Positions 58,372 through 64,000 of a stretch of 64,000 bases of DNA are shown here, piece after piece. The notes under the pieces are model-generated. The model saw only the letters and a program-made list of their open reading frames with translations, ran no database searches and was not told where the DNA came from. The stretch spans positions 14,507 to 78,506 of the forward strand of contig JBHPGP010000003.1 of the NCBI GenBank assembly GCA_042570305.1, written 5' to 3'. Made by a program: the position numbers and the translations under genes. Each line of letters opens with the position of its first letter. Position 1 is the stretch's first letter. Source of the stretch: Candidatus Omnitrophota bacterium. Its GTDB lineage: Bacteria > Omnitrophota > Gorgyraeia > Gygaellales > JAHJCI01.

Positions 58372-60066
58372 ATGTTATCGGACATAGAGATCGCACAGAA
58401 GGCAAAGATTAAACCGATAAAAGAGATAGCCAAGAGCTTAGACATCAGCGACGAACATATTATCCCCTACGGCAGGCACGCTGCCAAGCTCGACCTTGCG
58501 ATTTTGAATAAAATTAAAAATAATCCTCAAGGGAAATATATCCTGGTTACCGCGATTACGCCGACCCCGCTCGGTGAAGGAAAGACAGTTACCACCATCG
58601 GGCTTTCCATGGCATTAAGTAAGCTGGGAAAACGCACCTCCGTTTGCATCAGGCAGCCTTCGTTAGGTCCTGTTTTCGGCATTAAGGGAGGGGCTGCCGG
58701 GGGAGGATATTCCCAGGTTCTTCCCATGGAGGATTTTAACCTGCATTTTACCGGAGACACCCATGCGGTAGGACTGGCGCATAATCTGGCAGCCGCGTTT
58801 TTAGACAATTCAGTATTTAAAGGAAATAAATTAGGGATTAACCCAGAGACGATTATGTGGCGTCGAGTGGTTGATGTAAGCGACCGCTTCCTGCGTAACG
58901 TAAAAATCGGACTGGGTTCTACGCAGGACGGCAAACCCCGCGATTCAGGATTTGATATAACGGTTGCCTCCGAGGTTATGGCCATCCTGGCTTTGGCAAG
59001 CGATTTAGGAGATTTGCACCGCCGCTTAAACCGTATAGTCCTTGCTTATAATCTTCAAGGCAAGCCAATCACCTGCGAGGACATCAAGGTCTCTGGCTCC
59101 ATGACCGCGCTGCTTAAGGATGCCATAAAGCCGAATTTTATCCAGACTATTGAAAATACCCCTTGTTTTGTTCACGCAGGCCCTTTTGCTAATATCGCTC
59201 ACGGAAACAGCTCTATTCTGGCTGACCAGATTGCGCTCAGGCTTTCTGAGTTTGTGGTTACCGAAGCGGGTTTCGGCGCTGACTGCGGAGCCGAGAAATT
59301 CTTCAATATCAAATGCCGCGCCAGCGAACTTATTCCCAATGCCTGTGTGCTGGTTTGCTCCGTACGCGCGCTAAAGGCGCACAGCGGAAAATTTAAGGTG
59401 GTGGCAGGTAAGCCCCTGGACGCTGGCCTGACACAGGAAAACATACCGGCATTAGAAGAAGGGTCCTGTAATCTGGCAAAGCATATCGAAAACCTGCGCC
59501 TTTTTGGCGTTCCGGTAGTCGTAGCGATAAATAAATTTGCCGACGATACGGATAAAGAGATAGAATTCCTGCTTGGAAAGGCAAAGCAGCTTGGTGCCGA
59601 CGATTGCGCAGTCAGCGAGGTTTTCAGCAAAGGCTCTGCAGGAGGTTTAGAGTTGGCTAAGGCGGTAGTAAAGGCAGCAGATAAAAAGAGCAGCTTCAAT
59701 TTGCTTTACCCTTCGGATATGCCGATTAAGCAGAAAATCAATACCATCGCTACCAAGATTTACGGGGCAGCTGAAGTAGAGTATTCAGAAGTTGCAGAGG
59801 AGAAGATTGCGCAGTTCAACAAAATAGGATTGGATAATTTACCGATATGTATGGCTAAAACACACCTTTCCTTATCGCATGATCCTAAACTCGTCGGCAG
59901 GCCGCAGGGTTTTGTCTTACCGATCAGGGATATCAATGCTTCTGTAGGGGCGGGATTCTTGTATCCCCTTTGCGGGCAGATGCGTACTATGCCTGGCCTG
60001 CCCAGCCATCCGGCCGGAGAGAAGGTTGATATCGACGACAACGGCAGGATAACCGGATTATTTTAA
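58372..60066 (+). CDS. fhs: Formate--tetrahydrofolate ligase
   Basis: 564 aa with the TPTPLGEGKT P-loop and conserved GGYSQV and FANIAHG motifs. Confidence 0.95.
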   Translation: MLSDIEIAQKAKIKPIKEIAKSLDISDEHIIPYGRHAAKLDLAILNKIKNNPQGKYILVTAITPTPLGEGKTVTTIGLSMALSKLGKRTSVCIRQPSLGPVFGIKGGAAGGGYSQVLPMEDFNLHFTGDTHAVGLAHNLAAAFLDNSVFKGNKLGINPETIMWRRVVDVSDRFLRNVKIGLGSTQDGKPRDSGFDITVASEVMAILALASDLGDLHRRLNRIVLAYNLQGKPITCEDIKVSGSMTALLKDAIKPNFIQTIENTPCFVHAGPFANIAHGNSSILADQIALRLSEFVVTEAGFGADCGAEKFFNIKCRASELIPNACVLVCSVRALKAHSGKFKVVAGKPLDAGLTQENIPALEEGSCNLAKHIENLRLFGVPVVVAINKFADDTDKEIEFLLGKAKQLGADDCAVSEVFSKGSAGGLELAKAVVKAADKKSSFNLLYPSDMPIKQKINTIATKIYGAAEVEYSEVAEEKIAQFNKIGLDNLPICMAKTHLSLSHDPKLVGRPQGFVLPIRDINASVGAGFLYPLCGQMRTMPGLPSHPAGEKVDIDDNGRITGLF

Positions 60067-60067
60067 A

Positions 60068-60628
60068 ATGTATATCAATAAATCGCTCAAAGAATATCTG
60101 GATGATCTTACAGCAAGGCTTCCTGCGCCTGGGGGTGGTTCGGCAGCGGCACTGACTGCCGGGCTGGGAGCGGCGTTAATCGGTATGGTGATAAATTTTA
60201 CTCTGGGTAAGCCCAGGTATGCAAAATATCAGGCACAATTGTCGCAAGCGCTGTCGCGTTCTGAAAAAATAAGAAAGAGACTCCAACAATTAATTGATTT
60301 GGATGTTGCGGCCTTTAAAAGCAAAAATCTAAACAAGGCCTTAGCGGTTCCCTTACAGGTAAGCAGGCTGTGCTGGCAGGCAATAAACCTATGCCCGGCT
60401 TTAGTGAAAAAGGGAAATCCCAATCTCATCAGCGACGTGGCGGTTGCCGCGATTCTGCTTGAGGCAGGATTTTCCAGCGCCCTGTTTAATGTCAGGATAA
60501 ACCTGAAATATTTAAAGAATAAAGCGCGGGCCGATAAAATAGAAAGGGAATTGAATAAAAAAACAAAGGCGTTGTTAAAAATCAGGAAGGATTTGGAGGC
60601 AAGGGTCTATGAAATTATTAGAGGGTAA
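60068..60628 (+). CDS. fchA: Methenyl-THF cyclohydrolase / cyclodeaminase-family protein (FTCD_C)
   Basis: 186 aa with the PAPGGGSAAALTAGLGAALIGMV signature of the cyclodeaminase/cyclohydrolase family, located between fhs and folD. Confidence 0.78.
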   Translation: MYINKSLKEYLDDLTARLPAPGGGSAAALTAGLGAALIGMVINFTLGKPRYAKYQAQLSQALSRSEKIRKRLQQLIDLDVAAFKSKNLNKALAVPLQVSRLCWQAINLCPALVKKGNPNLISDVAVAAILLEAGFSSALFNVRINLKYLKNKARADKIERELNKKTKALLKIRKDLEARVYEIIRG

Positions 60629-61451
60629 GCCAATTGCAGCCAGGATCAAGGAAGATTTACAGAAACAGATTCAGGATTTGAAACTAAAGCCCGTGTTGGC
60701 AAGTATCCAGGTGGGGGAGAATGCCGGAGCCGAAGCCTACGCCAGGTCGCAAAACAAGACCGCAGAGAGCCTGGGCATAGAATACAAATTTCACAAATTA
60801 AGCCAGGATACAAAGGAAAATGATTTAATCGATTTTATCCAGAAGTTGAACGCGGATAAAAATATACACGGCATTATACTGCAGATGCCTTTGCCTGCAC
60901 ACATTGATTATAAAAAGATGAGCAATTTTATTCTGCCTGATAAGGATATAGAGGGCATGCATCCGGTGAATATGGGAAAGATCGTCTTTGGCAAGGCCAG
61001 GATCCTGCCTTGCACTCCCGCAGCAGTGATGGAATTATTAAGAGAGGCAGCAGTGGATTTATACGGTAAGGAAGTGGTAATCGTCGGACACAGCGAGATC
61101 GTCGGTAAGCCCTTATCGCTTCTCTTGCTTGAGAGATTCGCCACTGTCACGGTCTGCCATATCGGAACATCCAAGGCCAATAAATTAGAGGAGCATGTAA
61201 AGGGCGCAGAGATTCTGGTGGTGGCTGTGGGTAAAGCCGGTTTAATCAAGGGAGAGTGGGTTAAGCAGGGAGCAATAGTTATTGATGTGGGCATAAACCG
61301 TGTCGAAGGCAAAATCGTAGGGGATGTGCAGTTTGAGGAGGCAGCAAAGCGCGCATCCATGATAACGCCGGTTCCCGGAGGAGTAGGCCCGCTTACCGTA
61401 ACCATGCTGATGCGAAATGTGGTTGAGGCCTCCAGGGCACAGATGGCATAG
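60609..61451 (+). CDS. folD: Bifunctional methylene-THF dehydrogenase / methenyl-THF cyclohydrolase
   Basis: 280 aa with GIILQMPLP, DKDIEGMHP, VVIVGHSEIVGKP and PVPGGVGP motifs. Confidence 0.94.
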   Translation: MKLLEGKPIAARIKEDLQKQIQDLKLKPVLASIQVGENAGAEAYARSQNKTAESLGIEYKFHKLSQDTKENDLIDFIQKLNADKNIHGIILQMPLPAHIDYKKMSNFILPDKDIEGMHPVNMGKIVFGKARILPCTPAAVMELLREAAVDLYGKEVVIVGHSEIVGKPLSLLLLERFATVTVCHIGTSKANKLEEHVKGAEILVVAVGKAGLIKGEWVKQGAIVIDVGINRVEGKIVGDVQFEEAAKRASMITPVPGGVGPLTVTMLMRNVVEASRAQMA

Positions 61452-61456
61452 AATAG

Positions 61457-62152
61457 ATGATGAGAAACATAATTTATTTGATTTCATGGTTGGCCGCGCA
61501 GTTAGCCTTGGCTACGCTGTTTCCTGTCCATTGCTTTGCAGACATTTTATATTTTAAAAATGGGGACAGGCTAGAAGGCGATATTATTAACCGGACATAC
61601 GATTCTATTATTGTAAGAATCGCAGATTCCAGTAAAGCGGCCGCTGCCGCACGGGATTCAGGCGACTTGACGCAAGATAGGGAAATATATTTTTATGATA
61701 TAGATAAAATACAATACGATTCAGGAATAATTGAAATCGTCAGCAAGATGAGCAGGGTAAGCGTCGACAAAGCTCCTGTTGATGCAAACCCCTTATCAGT
61801 AGAATACGATGAAACAGCTAAATTGGTGAAATTCGAACTTAAAAAAGACTCGTTACTAAAGCCATTTGTCAAGGTGATGGTGGAGAATACAGCAGGTATT
61901 AAGGTGCCGGTTAATCCCGATATTAATATTGAGAACAAGGATGGCGTAATTGTCGACCATATGCAGAAAAGAGAGATTATATTAGAGAAGGGTTTAGAGG
62001 TTTGTTATATTGGACTGGGTCCCTCCGGGGTAGAATTTACGCCTCTTATTTATAGAGTCGAAAATATTGAAATCGATGCTGAGAAAACTGCATTTATCAC
62101 GCTTCGACTCGGAGAAACAGTAAGCCAATGGAAAACAAGCAGCGGTGGTTAA
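61457..62152 (+). CDS. Hypothetical secreted protein
   Basis: 231 aa with a signal peptide (…LFPVHCFA/DI) and an ILYFKNGDRLEGDII beta-hairpin-like motif. I recognised no catalytic motif. Confidence 0.5.
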   Translation: MMRNIIYLISWLAAQLALATLFPVHCFADILYFKNGDRLEGDIINRTYDSIIVRIADSSKAAAAARDSGDLTQDREIYFYDIDKIQYDSGIIEIVSKMSRVSVDKAPVDANPLSVEYDETAKLVKFELKKDSLLKPFVKVMVENTAGIKVPVNPDINIENKDGVIVDHMQKREIILEKGLEVCYIGLGPSGVEFTPLIYRVENIEIDAEKTAFITLRLGETVSQWKTSSGG

Positions 62153-62648
62153 AAAATATTTCCATCAACTGATGACCGGCGTTTCATTCGGCATGACCTC
62201 CGGAGTAATCACTTCTCTGGGAATGATCGTGGGATTGAATTCGGCTACCTCTTCGCGTTTAGTAGTCATTACCGGCATTATCATTATGGCTATTGCAGAC
62301 GGCTTATCCGATGCCGCAGGCGTGCATATATCAGAGGAATCAGAGCTGGAGAAGGGAATTGCCAAGCATACGCAAAAGGAAATCTGGGTAGCCACCATTT
62401 TCACCTTTCTTTCCAAGCTCATTTTTACCTTAACCTTTGCCGTACCCTTTTTGCTATTTTCTTTAAATACTGCCGTGCTTACCGCAATTATCTGGGGAAT
62501 ATTACTATTGATTGTGCTGAACTTTGTCATTGCCAGGATTAAACAGGAGAACGCACTGATGCTTATCCTGGAGCATGTTTTCCTGGCTTTATGCGTGGTT
62601 GCCATTTCTCATTATGTTGGCTATTTTGTTGCCAAGCACATAGGATAA
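62145..62648 (+). CDS. VIT1/CCC1-family (Fe/Mn transporter-like) membrane protein, membrane domain only
   Basis: 167 aa with 4-5 TM helices and the DGLSDAAGVHISEESE loop resembling VIT-family acidic loops. Confidence 0.55.
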   Translation: MVKKYFHQLMTGVSFGMTSGVITSLGMIVGLNSATSSRLVVITGIIIMAIADGLSDAAGVHISEESELEKGIAKHTQKEIWVATIFTFLSKLIFTLTFAVPFLLFSLNTAVLTAIIWGILLLIVLNFVIARIKQENALMLILEHVFLALCVVAISHYVGYFVAKHIG

Positions 62649-62669
62649 ACAAAGACATTGGGAGAAGAG

Positions 62670-63545
62670 ATGACGTTTAAGGAGAAGATTCAGGCAGGAA
62701 GGTTTCTACTTACTTCCGAAATCGGGCCTCCGAAAGGTATTGAGACCAAAGAACTTTTAGAAGACGCTGAGCTGGTACGAGGCAGGGTGGATGCGATAAA
62801 CGTGACTGACCTGCAAAGCTCGGTAATGCGCCTGGGTTCCCTGGCAGTTTGTTCTCTGCTGAAACAAAAAGGCCTTGAGCCGATATTTCAGGTGACCTGT
62901 CGCGACCGCAACCGCCTGGCTTTACAGTCTGATATCCTTTCCGCAGCCAGTTTAGGCATTGAGAACCTACTGCTTTTAACCGGAGACCACACAACATTGG
63001 GAGACCATCCCCAGGCAAAGCCGGTATTTGATTTGGATTCTGTTTTGCTTCTTGAGGCAGTAAAGGGACTGCAGTCAGGGGTCGATATGTCCGGCAACAA
63101 ATTACAGGGAGCCTCACCCAGATTCTGCATGGGCGCAGTGGTAAATCCCGGAGCCGACCCCCTGGAGCCGCAACTTTTAAAGATGGAGAAGAAAATCCAG
63201 GCAGGGGCTGAATTTTTCCAGACCCAGGCAATTTACGACGTAAAGATATTTGAGATTTTCTTATCAAAAATTAAACACCTGAAAACTACGATATTGGCCG
63301 GCATTGTTTTGCTGAAATCTGCGGGTATGGCAAAATATATGAATGAGAACGTAGCCGGAGTTACCGTCCCGCAGAATTTAATCGATGAAATGAGTTCGGT
63401 ATCCAAGGAGGACCGCACAAAAAAATCAATAGAGATAGCCGCGCGCCTGATTAAGGAATTAAAACCAATGTGCCAGGGTATTCACATCATGCCAATTGGC
63501 TGGGATAAGAAGGTGCCGCAGGTTTTAGATGCTGCAGGTTTATAG
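62670..63545 (+). CDS. metF: Methylenetetrahydrofolate reductase (acetogen-type MetF)
   Basis: ATG 62670 follows GGAGAAG. The TIM-barrel MTHFR features are SEIGPPKG, INVTD, LLLLTGD and FFQTQAIYD. Confidence 0.85.
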   Translation: MTFKEKIQAGRFLLTSEIGPPKGIETKELLEDAELVRGRVDAINVTDLQSSVMRLGSLAVCSLLKQKGLEPIFQVTCRDRNRLALQSDILSAASLGIENLLLLTGDHTTLGDHPQAKPVFDLDSVLLLEAVKGLQSGVDMSGNKLQGASPRFCMGAVVNPGADPLEPQLLKMEKKIQAGAEFFQTQAIYDVKIFEIFLSKIKHLKTTILAGIVLLKSAGMAKYMNENVAGVTVPQNLIDEMSSVSKEDRTKKSIEIAARLIKELKPMCQGIHIMPIGWDKKVPQVLDAAGL

Positions 63546-63546
63546 C

Positions 63547-63605
63547 GGGGACAGTTCTCCGATTGGTGTAAGAACCGGTCCTCGAAGGAGTCAAGAACCG
63601 GTCCT
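63547..63605 (-). repeat. CCAATCGG-core element, copy e (divergent, reverse orientation, with internal AAGAACCGGTCCT x2)
   Basis: Sequence: GGGGACAGTTCTCCGATTGGTG...AAGAACCGGTCCT...AAGAACCGGTCCT. The reverse-complement end CCAATCGGAGAACTGTCCCC matches the right end of copy c. Confidence 0.55.
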
Positions 63606-63632
63606 AAATAAAGGAAGTGGAGGATAACAAGA

Positions 63633-64000
63633 ATGGGTAATCCAAAAATAAAATCACCGGATAACGCAAGCAATCAGATGATTGAGCAGGCAAGGCTTCA
63701 GAATATTAAGATTGCCTGGGACCGCTATGATATTATGCAGCCGCAATGCGGGTTTGGTCAGTTGGGTATTTGCTGCCGAATTTGTAATATGGGTCCGTGC
63801 CGGATTGACCCGTTTGGCGAGGGGCCGCAAAAGGGTGTTTGTGGTGCGACTGCAGATACCATTGTTGCCAGGAACCTTTTAAGAATGATTGCCTCCGGGG
63901 CTGCCGCGCATTCAGACCACGGAAGAGACATTGCCGAGGCATTGCTTCTGGCTTCGGAAGGCAAAGCCCATGATTACGAAATTAACAACCCGGTTAAACT
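63633..64000 (+). CDS. cooS: Anaerobic carbon-monoxide dehydrogenase catalytic subunit (partial, runs off window end)
   Basis: The ORF is open from ATG 63633 to the window end. Translation is MGNPKIKS...QPQCGFGQLGICCRICNMGPCRIDPFGEGPQKGVCGATADTIVARN, which carries the CODH N-terminal D/B-cluster cysteine pattern. It is not in the ORF track because it has no stop. Confidence 0.85.
   Translation, partial: MGNPKIKSPDNASNQMIEQARLQNIKIAWDRYDIMQPQCGFGQLGICCRICNMGPCRIDPFGEGPQKGVCGATADTIVARNLLRMIASGAAAHSDHGRDIAEALLLASEGKAHDYEINNPVK

Noticed and set aside
59199-63267. Long antisense ORFs inside fhs (59199-59699), folD (60908-61405), the VIT-like gene (62165-62605) and metF (62710-63267); similar cases at 28292-28762 and 8549-9010
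   Set aside because: Each lies opposite a gene with strong family motifs. None has motifs or a start context of its own. Such shadow ORFs are expected at this GC content.

Overview
This is a 64-kb bacterial chromosomal window that is densely coding. I call about 62 CDS, and 61 of them are on the + strand, often with 4-bp ATGA stop/start overlaps. The only - strand gene is a Ski2/HelY-like helicase. I recognised no rRNA, tRNA, CRISPR array, transposase or prophage genes. All product calls come from motif recognition by eye; no database search was run.

Gene content, in order:
- the 3' end of a response regulator
- two tandem TMTC-like GT-C/TPR paralogs
- helicase, DedA-like protein and SNase
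- aroC-spoVG-aroK
- dprA-topA-xerC
- a ~15-kb lipid A/Kdo/heptose super-operon: waaA, lpxK, an LpxL::ELM1 fusion, a GT4::GT9 fusion, GT4, two GT9, a deoxyhypusine-synthase-like protein, hldA, kdsB/A/D/C and lptB
- tig-clpP
- serine-pathway genes interrupted by a PilZ::PilT fusion
- purA
- OmpA-like/DUF4912/GH57
- uppS-cdsA-dxr-rseP-ispG-proS
- rimP-nusA-infB
- trpS, scpA, ruvB, tgt and trmD-rplS-rnhB-yraN
- a Wood-Ljungdahl methyl-branch cluster (fhs, fchA, folD, metF) running into a partial CODH gene

By inference the organism is a diderm anaerobe, probably from an uncultivated lineage.

The most noteworthy observations are:
1. A dispersed palindromic element family with a CCAATCGG core: five copies, all at gene boundaries, one inside dprA.
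2. A 69-bp duplication of the aroK 5' end that creates an aromatic-rich uORF followed by overlapping alternative hairpins.
3. A 430-bp non-coding insert with nested helices inside the LPS operon.
4. Unusual domain architectures: LpxL::ELM1, GT4::GT9, PilZ::PilT, a trigger factor without its PPIase domain, and a ProRS without its INS domain but with a zinc ribbon.
5. A 284-bp perfect gene-conversion tract between the TPR paralogs.
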